DNA of 64,000 nucleotides from assembly GCA_951406725.2 (NCBI GenBank), contig OX597814.1, positions 111,476,001 to 111,540,000 on the forward strand. The letters are read 5' to 3'. The stretch comes from Octopus vulgaris (lineage: Eukaryota). Shown here piece after piece: positions 49,511 through 63,923 of the stretch (the stretch's first letter is position 1; every line of letters begins with the position of its first letter). The position numbers and the translations under genes are program-made. The notes under the pieces are model-generated. The model made no database searches. It was not told where the DNA came from and saw nothing but the letters and a program-made list of their open reading frames with translations.

Positions 49511-52500
49511 TGAAGATTCAACCCAACATTTCCTCTGTATGTTGTAAAAAGGTAACTAAAAGAAAGCAGTGGTAGTAGGACTTGCATTCAGACCTCATAA
49601 AATCCTCACAAGCAATGACTGCCCAAACAGACCTATGGGTTGCAGGGTTGTCGTCTGAGTGGCGTAGGAGTGTCCTCCTCCAGGAGTAGTAGGGAATCTC
49701 CAACAAATGATGGATGCAGCGATGCACTTTTACAGCACATTCCTGCATACTGCTACTATTACTTCCACTATTACTACCACTACATCCACTACTACTAGGT
49801 CAAACAACAGTTATATGGAATTGGTGATATTAAGCGTACTTCAAGAATACTGTTCATCATCATTATTTTTAATTTGGGTCACCCTTCTCCTTGGCCAGAG
49901 AGCTGTGTCTCTTTTGTCCTCTTTCAATTGGCTTAGCCTCTACAGCCAGATGCCCTTCCTAATGCCAACAATCTTACAGAGCGCACTGTGATTTTCTTTC
50001 AGGCCCCAGCACTTAAGAGATTGTCATCCTCCTGACTGTCTTGCTGAAAAAAACTCCCACTCCCACCCTGCCAAACACTTCATTAGATCAATGTATGCAA
50101 TATATTAAGGAACCTTCTTTTAGTTTTGTTATTAGACTTTTACAATGTTTGGACATCATTTTCTCGTATATTGTTGATTATGTTGACCTTAGTATTTATT
50201 TTATATTTCATTGAGTTAGAAGGATGAAAGGGACAAACTAAAAACCCTGGGGGCTTTTGTTTTATGTCAAGAAACACCACTGTCAACATCTGTTAGAAAT
50301 TCTTTAGACAGAGATTCAAATAATCATATTTGATTCTCTGAAAAATTTCTAATAGATGTCTTACATGTTTTCTACTACATGTACAATTTTGTTACTCCCA
50401 TTAGCAAATGGAACATGTGTAATGGTGAATAAATAATACCAAAGAGTTTTTCCTATTTCTTGTTTTGATATAATTATTCTGAAAATGATACAGTTAATGA
50501 CACTTGCCCAAGGTGCCACGCAGTGGGAATGAACCCGGAACCATGTGGTTGGGCAGCAAGCTTCTTACTACACAGCCACTCCTGTGTCATATCTTATCAC
50601 ACAGCCACTCCTTTATATATATATTTTCACACTTCCCACACAGTTTCTGTCTACAAAGTCCACTTGCAAAGCATTGGTCAGCCTGGGACTCTATAGCAGA
50701 TGACATTTGACTCAGGTGCCATGCAGTGGAGATTTGGTCCCCATTACGCAGCACCTTAAGTCAGCTTCTTTTACTAAAGCTCCAGGCTGACCAAAGCCTT
50801 GGGAGTGGATTTGATATTAACAAAATAAACTAGAAATAAACCTTGTTATAAAATGTTTACTTGGATTGTTAAGGAAATGAGTATTCTAAATTACGAGCTT
50901 TCACAGATAAAAAGGATACCATGGGGTAGAGAAATTACAGATATTAACGATGCCTTATAATAAGACCCAGATTTATAGGGAAGTTTGTATGAGGCAGTTG
51001 TATTGAATAGGATGTAAGTTTAGGCTTTTACGAAGAAGGCAAACTGAAAGTCTTAGGTTTCTGGGAGTGACAAGAATAAACATCTGTATCTTACTATTGA
51101 CAATCTGGTGGAAGCTTCTGATAGCACCATTTTTACCAAATAATAAAACGCAAAAAAATATTTGGTTAAGAGGAATAACTTATGAGGTTCATGTTATATT
51201 TGAGTGCAGTAAGCAGCCGAATTGACATTGCTGTTCTGAATGTGACATGTTTTGTTGAAGAATGTTCAGTCTGAATGTCAAAGCATATTGCTAATCTGAG
51301 ACTCTGTGTTGAATCTTTCCATCACAGATTTCTTTCTTGATGCGGCTCTGACTAAAAATCACGACAAATTATCGTGTTCTTTCTTACTTTTTTCTTTTTT
51401 CCACTCTTAGATTATTCACAGATGCACAAACCAAAGTGCCAAAAAGGTAGAATTATTATTATTATCATCATGCCGGTGGCACGTAAAAAGCACCATCCGA
51501 ATATGATTGATGCTAGGCATGTCTGACTGACTCCTCTGCTGGTGGCATGTGAAGACCACCCACTACATTCTCGGAGTGGTTGGCATTAAGAAGAGCATCC
51601 AGCTGTAAAATCACTGCCAGATCAGATTGTGGCCTGGTTCAGGCGCTGGCTCTCCAGTCCTCAGTCAAACTGTCCAACCCATGCCAGCATGGATAACGGA
51701 TGTTAAACGATGATGATGATTAAGGTGGTGAGCTGGCCAGGATCATTAGCACCTCAGAAGAAACACTTAGTCGCACTTCCCTCAGTGCCTTATGTTCTGA
51801 ATCCAAATACAGTTGAGGTCAACTTTTCCTTTCGTCTTTTCAAGGTTGATAAAGTACCAGTTAAGTACTTGGATCAATATAATCAACTAACCCCCTCTCC
51901 TTAAAATTACTGGCCTTGTGTGCCAAAATTTGAAACAATTATTAAGACAGTAGCTTGGCAGAATTATTAACGTATTGGGCAAAAATGTTTTTTATGTTCT
52001 GAGATGAAATTCCATCAAGGTTGACTTTGCCTTTCATCGTTTTGAGTTTGGTCAAATGAGTACCAGTTGAGCACCCAGGTTGATGTAATTAACTTACCCC
52101 CACCTCCAATCTCTCCTGAAATTGCTGGCCTTGTGCCAAAATTTAAAACCATTATTATTTTGTTGGCGGTTGGTATTAGTACACTTTCTAATCTTCTTCA
52201 TGTGTTACCCTAAAAATGTCTGTCCCAGCCCTTCTTTTGTGTTCAGCCGAAACATCTGCTGGTTATTTACATTCATTTTGACAAATGGGGCTTTTTTTTT
52301 AACTTGCTGAACCTGGAGAAAAGGTCGGTTCCTCAGTCCCATTGCGCCACACTTTGGGCAAGTGCCTTCTACTGTAAGCATGGCCTTTGTGAATGAATTT
52401 GGAAACTGTGTGGAAGCCTTCTGTGTGCATTTCTTTCAAAATTCCTATTTTGTTTTTTTACACATTAACTTGTGCCGGTTGATCTATGTAAAATATTTGA

Positions 52501-53597
52501 GAAAGAAACTTAGATATTTCCTGCAATAAACACATCTAAATCAAAATTTTTCATGGACCCTTAATAAACTACTGTAGGCCTCCAAATTACTATTTTGCTT
52601 GCATGAACTCACCAAAATTTTATATGGATCCCCAGGGGTCATATAGGACCCAGTTGGACTCTAATATCATAATTTTCACTCCAAGGTCATGTATATAATT
52701 GCTGCCCCCTATAATACCATATATAATCACTCACTCACTCTATAATCCCACATGTTGTCACTGTCCCCCTGTTGTCACATATACAATAATCCCTCAACTA
52801 TTACAGGCATCACGTTCCAAAAGTCTCTGTGATAGGTGAAAATATGCCGACTAGAAACAGTACTGTATATTTTTTTATTTTTACAATTTGTATATATTTA
52901 TTTTATAAATGCAAAACAACACCACACACCTGCCTCCCGTGTTTCATTTTCCATACTGTATGCGTCATTCTTTATTTACCCATCTACGGTACACTGCATT
53001 TTCTTTTAATATATTTTAATTAATGTGTTATACAGTGCAGTATTGTGCAGTATTTCTATTTAATTTTTAAGTGTGAAAATACTTATTTTACCAGAGAAAT
53101 AATTAATATCTAAAAAAATATAAATTCCTATTGGCTATAGAAACCTGCAATATGAATTTACATATATTAGCCAGAAGAATCCACGATGTACCAAGGGTGC
53201 ATTAAGTGAACTGTAATCTGGTGAATGATTATTGTAATCTATGTCACTTCATATATAATCCTTAACCTATAGCTACTCCAGTCTATAAGAGAAGTGTTAT
53301 GGGTTTCTTTTTGATATTTCTGTATTTCTGCTGAAATGCACTGCATTTATTTCAATCTATTTCGAAAATAAAGTACTTAAAATGTTTGTCATTAAGCCGG
53401 TGTTAGGAACATGAAATTTTGATGGATGTTTTTAATACAGATCACTTCAAAACCAAGTTAATTATCATCACTGTTTGTACATTTGTACCTTAGCGAACTT
53501 TTGTAGATTCATTATTGTAAAGACAGTTGGAACCTAAGATAAACGCACTAGTTCAACCCTGAAATTGTTCCTGTTTCTCTAATACAAACTTCCTATT

Positions 53598-53819
53598 TTA
53601 ACTGTTTAGCATTTAGATTATTGTCAAATCTTGTGCTTATTTTATGTTATTTTTGAATTTATCATGCATTTTCTCGTAGATTTGAGATTTCGATGATGTA
53701 ATTGTTTATTTTGAGAATGACACTGTCAGGTATGTATGAGAGGCTGATTCTGGCCAGTTGGAATACAAAACAGATCATTTTGGACTGGATATGGTTGGTT
53801 TAAATGCTAAGGAGTTTAA
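53598..53819. mobile_element. piggyBac-like MITE (TTAA-flanked)
   Basis: TTAA-CTGTTTAGCATTTA ... TAAATGCTAAGGAGT-TTAA. Confidence 0.45.
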
Positions 53820-56800
53820 TGATCTAATTAAAACCTGCCAACGAAGTTTTGTGTTAATTTATGTTCCATATACAAGCTTAATTATGATAGCTATTTTACT
53901 AAATTTTTCATTAGTTTCTAAATTAATTGAAACAAAGGCAATGTATTTCAGCACAAATATGGTAACAAAATGGTTAATTTTACTTAATTTGATCACAATA
54001 TACTCTTGTCTTGTTACAAACCAGAATAATTAAAAGTTTTAATATCAGCTAATTGTGGATGTGTCTCACCCTTTTGTTAGGTTTCTGATGAAAATTTCTG
54101 CTTTTGTTTCAATTAATTTCGAAAATAATGAAGACTTCAATAAACTAACTGTCATTGTTTGGAATCTAAATTAATATAGAAGCTTCAAAACACAGTTTGT
54201 ATCACAGAACCTGAAGCAGTTGGAAGGGTGTTGGTATGAAAAAGATTTATAAAGTCTGAGCTGGATTTGATTCCTGTTGAAACCGTCTCACTTCAGTTAT
54301 TCTCTGGGGGAAAGGCTGAATGTTCCATATTGTATTTAGCCAAAACAGCTTTCTACAAATGTGAACTATTTTCTACTTAATACATGTAACATATTTTTTT
54401 TTGTGGTAATTCATAAACGTACCAATATACATATATTTCATCATATTACCATCGTTTTTTTAACTCCACTTTTCCATGCTTGCGTGGGTCAGACAGGATT
54501 TATTGAAGCAGATTTCTATGACTGCGTGCCCTTTCTGTCATCAACCCTCACCTGTTTTCAAGCAATGTAATACTTAACCAAATCTAGACATGATTTTTCT
54601 GGAAAATGGTAAGAAGCAGCTTGCTTGTATGACAGTGATGCTCGTTTGTAACCATCACATTGTCTACACAAAGGTACACACACACACTCAATGGGCTTCC
54701 AAATTCTACCAAATTCACTCATGTGGCTTCAGTTAGCCTGGGGTAATAAATAGTAGAAGACACTCTCCCAAGTTAATGCACAGTTGAACTAACTTCAAGA
54801 AAAGCATGATTGGAAAGCAAGCTCTTTATCCATGCAGCCATTCCTGTGCCTTTTGAAGAATAAATATTTATCATCATTTAATGTCCGCTTTCCATGCTGG
54901 CATGGATTAGGTAGTTTGACTGGAACTGATAAGATGAGCGGGGGGGGGGGGGGGTCACCAGGTTCCTGTTTGATTTGGCATGGTTTCTATGGCTGGATGC
55001 CCTTCCTAATGCCAACCACTCTGAGAGTGTAATGGGTGCAGCTTACATGACACCAGTAATGGCTATAACTATGATTTCAGGGGTACCATTTACACGACAG
55101 TGGTAATGGCCACAACTATGGTTTTACTTTGCTTGATGAGTCTTCTCAAGCACAGCATATTGCCCAGTTCTTGGTCACTTGACATCGCCTCCACTGTTTG
55201 AAGATCATGCTTCACCACCTTGTCCCTATATATAGAGATATATGGAGATATGCTGTGCTTGAGAAAACCCGGCAAGCCAAGTGAAACCATAATCTTGGCC
55301 TATGACACTGCAGAGTAACCAGCCCATTTAAGAGCACCCTTCACTCATTGGGCAGTAAACTGCGCTTGTGAAGACCTGTTAAGGCAAGTGAAGTCGTTAT
55401 TGCGGCCAATGACAGTACCACCCGATGGCACCTGTACTGGTGGCAAGTAAAATGTACCATTTGAGCATGGTCGATGCCAGTGCCGCTTGATTAGTCCCAT
55501 GCCAGTGGCATGTAAAAAGTACCATTCGAGTGTAGTCAATGTCAGTTCTGGCTGACTGGTCCCTTACAGGTGGCGCATAAAAAGCACCATTTGAGCATGG
55601 TCGATGCCAGTGGCAGATAAAAAGGACCCACTATACTCTTGGAGTGGTTGGCATTAGGAAGGGCATCCAGCTGTAGAAATATTGCCAGATCAGATTGGAG
55701 CCTAGTGCAGCCTTCTGGCTTGCCAGCCCTCAGTCAAATCGTCCAACCCATGCGGACATTAAACGATGATGATGATATATATTATATTTTTGGTGGTTGT
55801 CGACTTGTAATTGGGGAAAAGGTTTGAATTAACGATTGCTTTTCAAGTATTTGGTTGTTCTACCTATTGGTGTTCTATGGATTAATGTTGAATTGTGTAT
55901 AGACAGATTAAGAAATTATGTGAAACAATTGTTAATGACTTAACAAAGACAAATATTAACGAGAACATGTCTAATCTATATTAATTTTGATAAGCAATTG
56001 CTGAAACATCAACAACTGTGTGCTGGGATAATCTCTTATCTCATTTAGAAATTGTATTAAGTATTAAAGATAAATTTTGAGTTTGGCTGTTTGGTTAAGA
56101 AGTTTGCTTTCCAACCATTGAGTTTTGGGTTTGGTCTCATAGCTGCCAACAAAACTGAAAGAAGACCATTGTGTGTGTGTTGTGTGTGTATATTGATGTC
56201 TCTGTGTGTGCCCTCATTCTGACATCATGTGATGGTTGTAAACGAGCATCACCGTCATACAAGCAGTGTTGTTTATTTTGAGTCTTCCATAAAAAACATA
56301 TCTGACCATGGAGAAATATTACCTTGCTTGAATAAAAATGAGGGTTGGTGACAGGAAAGGCATCCTGACAGAAAGTCTGCCTCTGTCTGACCAATGCAAA
56401 CATGGAAAAGTGTGTTAAATGATGATGATTATTTTCTTTCAGTCCACAGGAGCTAGCTGTGGTTGTGATTGATAATTAGCTTTAATTACTGTAGTTGTCA
56501 ATGTATTAATTGAGGTGGAAGAAAGAGTTGTAGTTTTGTTGAATCCTTTTGGTATAGCTGGAATGTTTATATTTTTGCCATCGCTTAAGTCCGGTAGTCG
56601 GTTTATTTTATCGGACTACTAAGTTATTAAGCATAAAAAAAAAAACCAACACTGGTTGTTTAGGGAGAGGGGAGTGGACAAACAAGTCACAAAACCATTC
56701 CCCCATCACCACACGCACACACAACAGGTTTCCACACAGTTTCCATCTATCAGATTCACACACATAAAGCATTAATCGAACCAGGGTCATAACAGAAAAC

Positions 56801-57145
56801 TCTTGCCCAAGGTGTGGCGCAGTAGGACTGATCCTGAAGCCACACGGTTCCAAAAGAAGCTGCTTAATCTTACAGCCATGCCTGCACATATCAAAAAGCA
56901 ATGCAGACTTTGATGGCTAATTTAATTTGCAAAGTACATAGAAAATGACATTGTTTTGCACAAAACTTGGCCTTTCAAAACCTGTTTTAATTTCTCGTCC
57001 CAATTGTACATGAAATGAGTAATAGTCTACATTTGCTGTTTACTATATCTTTATTTCCCTTTCCTATTAAAATAGCTTAGTTGTTTGGTATTTCTCATAT
57101 TTACCAATTTGACTTTTATAGATACTAACTGGTGACGACAACCTA

Positions 57146-57392
57146 GTAAGCTTTGCTAAAATATTCCAAATTCTTTGTATTGACTATTTAAGTCGGTCAT
57201 ATTTTGCTTTGAGACTGCGGCACTGGGGAAACCCAGAGCGTGGAGAATGTGAAGCAGAAGGGTTTATTAATTCGGAAATATTTTAATAAGTTTTGCTAAA
57301 ATATTCCAAATTCTTTGTATCGACTACTGTAGTCTCGCATTTTGACATGCTTTGAGAATGTGACACTGGGGAAACCCAGAGTTTGGACAATG
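57146..57392. repeat. Two-copy tandem duplication (~141-bp period)
   Basis: TTTGCTAAAATATTCCAAATTCTTTGTAT...CACTGGGGAAACCCAGAG occurs twice. Confidence 0.8.
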
Positions 57393-59427
57393 GAACCACA
57401 TTGTTTGAAATATTCTAATCATAATACCAGAAATTCTCAAGGCCTAAAACTATAGCAAATGTACTTCTATTTGTGGTCATTGCTATGATAGTCATAGAAA
57501 TCTTATCTTAATTAAGGGTGGAGAAGCTCTAACAAGGATTCCTATTGGTAGAAAAGTTGTCATTTATTGAACTGCAACCATGCAAGGGCACATGGCCTAA
57601 TGGTTAGAGCAGTGGACTCGCAGTCGAGGGTTCGAATCTCAGACTAGGCGATGTGTGTGTTTATGAGCGAAACACCTAAGTTCCACATGGCTCCGGCAAA
57701 GGTAATGGTGAACTTCTGCTGACTCTTTCGCCACAACTTTCTGTCACTCTTTCTTCCTGCACCTGTATAGGTGGGGAACCTATATGTCAAGGATACTGGG
57801 AAGCCGGCCCTATGAGCCAGGTATGGCTTAAGAAAGAACAAACAAAACAAGGGCACTGTATCGAAGGGTTTTAGTCATGCAAATTGACCCCAGGACTTTG
57901 TTGTTTTTAAGTCTATTGCTTATTATATCAGGCTCTTTTGCCGAACCACTAAATTACAGGGCTGTAAACAAACAAATATTGGTTGTCGAGCACTGGTAAC
58001 ACACACACACATATGTGCACACGGGCACACATTTGCACATACATGCATGCACACACACATACACACACACACACACAAAACAGGCTTTCACACAATTTCC
58101 ATCTTCCATATTCACTCACAAGGCGTTGATCATCTTGAGGCTTTAGTAGACACTTGTCCAAGATGCTACACTGTGGTATTGAACCTGAGACCCCCTGGTT
58201 GCAAAATGAGCTTTAACTCCACTGCCAGTTATTTTTTTTTCTCTTACAGTTAATATTTCTTGATTTTCATAATTACTTAAATCATATTTAATATCAATAA
58301 ACATGGCTATGTGGTTAAGATGCTTGATTTTCAACCATGGAGTTTCGGGTTTAGTCCGATGTTGCAACACCTTGAGCAAATGTCTTGTATTATAACCCTG
58401 GACCCATCAATGCCCAGAGAGTGAATTTGGGAGACAGAAACTGTGTGGAAGCCTGTTGTACATGTATATATGTGTGTTTGTACCCTCACCCACTGCGTGA
58501 CAAACTAGTGTTGGTTTGTTTACATCCCATAACTTTGGGGTTCAGCAAAAGAAACCAATAGAATAAGTACTAGACTTTAAAAAACAAAAAGAAAGAAAAA
58601 AGTAAGTACTAAGGCCGATTTGGATAAAACCCTTCAAAGTGGTGCCCCAGTATGGCCTCAGTCTAATGATTTAAAGAAATAAAAGATAAGAGAAACCTAT
58701 TTTGTTTGTGCTGATTGGTGTCAATGTTTGGTCTGTAGCCCCGTTAGAATATTTCTGAATGATAAACCTTATCAACAAAGTATAACTGCAGATAGAAATT
58801 GGCGATTGGCTGCTGGCTGGGAAGAACCTGTCATATCAATCTATATAGAACACAGTTGATGGTGGTGGTCACCTGGTTTTGTTGACTCAGTGCAATAAAA
58901 AGAAAATCTGTTATCATTGTTTGGTTTAAAAGTCAACTTCCAGTTAGGAATGACTCAGTAAAAATGGAGCTTGAATGCATATTTTACAAGAAACTGTGGA
59001 CAAATTACTGAATTAACAGAGAGGTGTGGCTATGTGGTTATGAAGTTTGCTTCCCAACTGTGTGGCTTCAGGTTCAGTCCCACTGTGCGACATCTTTTAG
59101 TAAATGTTTTCTACTATGAGCAAAGCCTTATCAGCAGATCTGATAGAAGGGAACCGTATGCTTTTTATTTCATCATCATCATCATTTAACGTCCGTTTTC
59201 CATGCTGGCATGGGTTGGACAGTTTGACTGAGGTCTGGGGAGCCAGTGGCTGCACCAGGCTTCAATCTGATCTGGCAGTGTTTCTACAGCTGGATGTTCT
59301 TCCTAACGCCAACCACTCCCACTCCCACAGTGTAGGGGGTGCTTTTTACGTGCCACTGGCATAGGAGCCAGTCAGTGGGTACTATATATATATGTATGTA
59401 TGTATATATATATATATATATATATAA

Positions 59428-59710
59428 ACAATTGCAGTGTGGAAGGTATTTATAAGCCATTTAAAAACACACAAAACGCATTAGATTCACTTCAGCATTC
59501 AAATTTAATTTGTGTCAAAATATTTTTGTCACTTTGAAACCACAACCTGTTCACTGACACAACTACATGCTGCACAGTATTTTGTTAGTGAACTGGTTGC
59601 GGTTTCAAAGTGACAAAAATATTTTGACATAAATTAAATTTGAATGCTGAAGTGAATCTAATGCTTTTTGCGTGTTCTTAAATGGCTTATAAACACCTTC
59701 CAGGCAATTG
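59428..59710. repeat. Long fold-back element adjacent to (TA)n
   Basis: About 130-bp inverted arms (GGAAGGTATTTATAAGCCATTT / AAATGGCTTATAAACACCTTCC). Confidence 0.8.
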
Positions 59711-60609
59711 TTTTTGTTTCAGCATGCGATCTCAGATCAAGTCACTTGCTATGCAAGTACATCTCCATAATATATATACCCTCCACACACACGCACATAT
59801 AATTACATCATTTAACGTTTGTTTTCCATGCTGGCATGGGTTGGATGGTTTGTCAGGAGGTTTTTATAGTTGGATGCCCTTTTTAGTGCTAACTACTTTA
59901 CAGAGTGTACTGGGTGCTTTTTGCATGGCACCAGCACAATATAAGTTTCTGTGTATGTGTGTGTGTATATATATGTATATATAAAAGCATACATAATACA
60001 TACATACATACATACACACACATATCTATCTATCTATCTATATATATATATATATATATAATTATTTAATCTCCATTTTTCATGCTGGTATGGATTGGGT
60101 AGTTTGACAGGATCTGACAGGCCCAAGGACAGCATTGTGTTCCATTGTCTGCTCTTACATAGTTTCTACACCTGAATGCCCTTCCTAATACCAACCACTT
60201 TGTCTTGGGTGCATTTCTTTTCATGCCACCAGCATGTGGTGGTGGTGGTGGTGGGTCTATGTTTGTGATTCCTTGTCTCTACAACATGCGATATTTATGA
60301 ATGAGCATCATACCAACAGTCATTCTTTCCAATCTTCCATGAAAATATATCCAGCTATGGGTAAATATTACCTTGTTTAGAAGCAGATAAGGGTTGGTAA
60401 CAGGAAGAGTGTCTGGTTGTAGAAAATCTGCTTCAACAATTTGATCCATGCAAGCATGGAAAGTGGACATTGAAATGATGATATGAGTATTAAAATCAAT
60501 CAATTGATCTCAGTTTATATGCATGCCACCTATATACCTGAGTACATTATTGCCTGCAATGCTATTGATAATTATATAGATTTACACTGGTGAATTGTCC
60601 ATATATATG

Positions 60610-61029
60610 TGAAGTATTGATATCCAGAAGACCCAAGACGGCAGGTAAGGCTATGTAACTGCTATAGGAGGACGGTAATTAGACTCTTGGTTCGATACTA
60701 ATACAAGTGAGGAGTCTAATGCAGGTTTTGCATGAGCATGGATATGTTAAATAAAATGAGACAACAAAACCAAGGCCGTATGGAATTTATAGGACATTTA
60801 TGAAGAGAAAGGTAGTCTTACAGCTGTTTCTGGAGTATTAGGGATATCCCTTCATCAGAGATGATATAAGAGAGTTAACTATTTCCCTTATATTGAACTC
60901 TACTATTTCCCTCTCATATCATCTCTGATGAAGGGATATCCCTAATATCCCAGAAACGGCTGTAAGACTTTCTCTTTATAAATGTCCTGAAAATTCCACA
61001 CAGCCTTGTTGTCTCATTCTATTAAGCAT
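60610..61029. mobile_element. Fold-back element with two inverted hammerhead motifs
   Basis: Arms about 60744-60873 / 60911-61029, with an unpaired extension on the left. Confidence 0.7.
60922..60967 (+). ncRNA. Type-I hammerhead motif in fold-back element
   Basis: UCU CUGAUGA A GGGAUAU-CCCUA-AUAUCCC A GAAAC-GGCU-GUA AGA. An inverted second copy lies at about 60816-60861. Confidence 0.62.
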
Positions 61030-63490
61030 GCGTACACACACACACACACACACACGTGGGTAGGTACTGCTGCAATGTCCACTAACATCCTAGACCTACT
61101 CAAAGAAAGCAGTTTTAGTGATAGGCAAATGATGTCTTCTCTCTTGGTCATTTTAAAATTTCTACTGAATGGTTTTTGCTAATCTGGATGTTTGAGCTGT
61201 TTGCCTTCTTTTCTCAGGCTCCTTTCCACCCCTACATGAAGTAGCTGTCTGGGTGTCCTCTCTTCCCAAGACCCCCCCACACACACACACACACATGAAG
61301 CTGTGTGCTCCCTTTTCTCGAACTATTTCCCCTAGTTGTAGAACTGCAGCTATTTAAAGTTCCCTTACAACCCTTATTTTGCTGCTACATGTTGACCTAA
61401 AGGTTTTTAAGCTGAGGATTCTCTTATTTAACTCACCAGATTGAGATGATGTGCAAGGGTCATGGGGCCCTAGTTTTCCTTCTTTCACTAAGAATCAATA
61501 ACTGTTTGCTTACAGTAGTTCTTGTTACTAAATTTCTCATGCATCATTTGTTCTTCCAGCATTTAAAGATCATTTTACAAGTTAGAGACTTTTAGATCTG
61601 TTACAAAAAATTGATCCTTGTTGAGAATTAAATATGTATTTTCAGGGCATCTTCTTCCTTGGTCTTCAATTTAAAAGTCAAACTTCTAATCATGCTAAGA
61701 TTTATCTAGAAATAATTATCTTCCCTTCCAGTAACTGGCCACCAAGGCACATAACATGAATCAAATTACGTTAAAAGAATGGCACAGGCTTGGCTGTGTG
61801 GTAAGAAGTTTGCTTACCAACCACATGCCTCGGTTCATTCTTACTACATGGCACTTCAGGTAAGTGCCTTCTATAGCTCCAGGCCAACCAAAGCCTTATG
61901 AGTGGATTTGGTAAACAGAAGCCTGATGTGTGTGTGTGTCCGTGTTCCACCACTGCTTGATAACTGATGGTGTTGCTTACATTCCTGTAACTTAAGAATA
62001 AAGACTGATAGAATAAGTATCAGCTCTAAAAGAATAAGTATTGGGGGTTGATTCATTGAATTAAAATTCTTCAAGGTGGTGCCCCAGCATTGCCACAGTC
62101 TAATGGTTGAAATAAAGCGACTTACTGAAGGATACAATGCACTGCCTGGAATTGAACTCATCACCTAAGGATCATGAGCTAAATACTTTAACCTCTAAGC
62201 CACATACCTTCACAGCAAAGATTATGCTCCTGCTCACAACACATAAGGATCCTTTCTCACTTCTTCTGTCAAAAATTGTTTGCTGATCCCTAATATTTTT
62301 TCCCCCCTTCTAATCATTGTATTTAACCTTAAGGTACATATTTGTGATGTTGGATGTGTTGGAAATAATGAAATGAACCCTATTTTATTATATCAAAATC
62401 AAAATCGCTGACATGGCTGATGACAGTGCCTCTGGATTGGCACTTGTGCCAGTGGGACATTAAAAGCACATCTAAGTGTTGGTGTAACCAGCCCACTTAT
62501 GAGTACCCCTCATTCATTGGACAATAAACTTTGCTTGCGAAGACCCATTGAGGCAAGTAAAATCAAATCAAATTTGCTGACGTGGCCGATGATAGTACTA
62601 CCTGATTGGCACTTTTGCCAGTGGAACATTAAAAGCACATCCGAGCGTGATCGTTGCCAGGACCACGGATTGGGTGGCACGTAAAAAGCACCATTCTAGT
62701 GTGGTTGTTGCCAGTGCTGCCGGACTGGCACCTATGCAGGTAGCACGTAGAAAATACCTTTTGAGCGTGGTCATTGCCAGAACCACCTGACTGGCCCTCG
62801 TGCCAGTGGCACATAAGGGCATCCAATTGTAGAAACTTTGCCAGACCAGATTGAGCCTGGTTCAGCCTTTTAGTTCATCAGTCCTCAGTCAAACCTTCCA
62901 ACCCATGCCAGCATGGAAAGCAGATGTTAAAAGTTGATGACGATGATGATTTAATTTAGAAGCCTGTTCCAGATCTTGCATAGCATTGCAATAAATGATA
63001 TTCCTCTGAAGTTTGTTACTCAATGATGATGTTACTATAAACGAACGCACACACACACACTACTAAAAAAAAAAGAAAACAGAAACAAAACAACAAAACC
63101 CAGCAATGGTATCAACAAATATTGACTTTATTTCCAAAGTATTTAGTTACTGGGTAACCTGCTGCAGTTATTTATGTCTTTTTGTAAACATTGGCCAGAG
63201 GTTGTTTAACTGAAAAACTTTTTCTGATCTATTTAGTGTTTTACCAAGCCTTGTCTCAGAGTATTGTACATGTCAAAATGTTTACATATTTTGTTACAAT
63301 TTAGAGAATTTTATCTTTCTCTTTCAGTCTTGAGACTAACTAAAAATAATGCTTCTTTCACTGGGTTCTGTCATTGGGCTACTGCCATGCTGGGGCACCA
63401 TCTTGAAGTTTTTTTTTTATTTAGTCAATAATATCAATCTTAGTCTTTTGTATAGTACTTTATTGGTTTTGGAGGAGGACAAATATTAAA

Positions 63491-63923
63491 TTAGAAAATT
63501 ACTATTTTTAAATCTCACAACGAGAGATATTCAGCAACAGTACTTTGGAGTAAAGATTGTTTGCCAACATAACATGGCAGTCCTGGTTTAGGACGAATGT
63601 TGCTGTAATTTAGCCCTAGGAGACATCGTCTCCAGCTGGCTATACGACATGATCTGTGTCCTTATATTTTCAAACAAGGGAATTTGGCAGCGCCACCTCT
63701 AGCTGAACAATTTTTCTGTGTTGATGAAGGGAAATAACCCAGAAATCGCGATACACAGATATTGTTTTGAGCTGAGTGGTGGGTGCTAGATTCTCTTGTT
63801 TGAAAATGTAAGGACACAGATCATGTCGTCTAGCCAGATGGAGATGATGTCTCCTGGGGCTAAATTACAGCAACATTCGTCCTGAACCAGGACTGCCATG
63901 TTATGTTGGCAAACAATCTTTAT
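63491..63923. mobile_element. Fold-back element with 13-bp TSD
   Basis: Arms 63552-63720 / 63754-63922. GACAAATATTAAA at 63478-63490 and 63924-63936. Confidence 0.75.
63715..63759 (+). ncRNA. Hammerhead-like motif (C3U variant) at apex of fold-back element
   Basis: UCUGUG UUGAUGA A GGG-AAAUAA-CCC A GAAA U-CGCG-A UA CACAGA. Confidence 0.5.
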
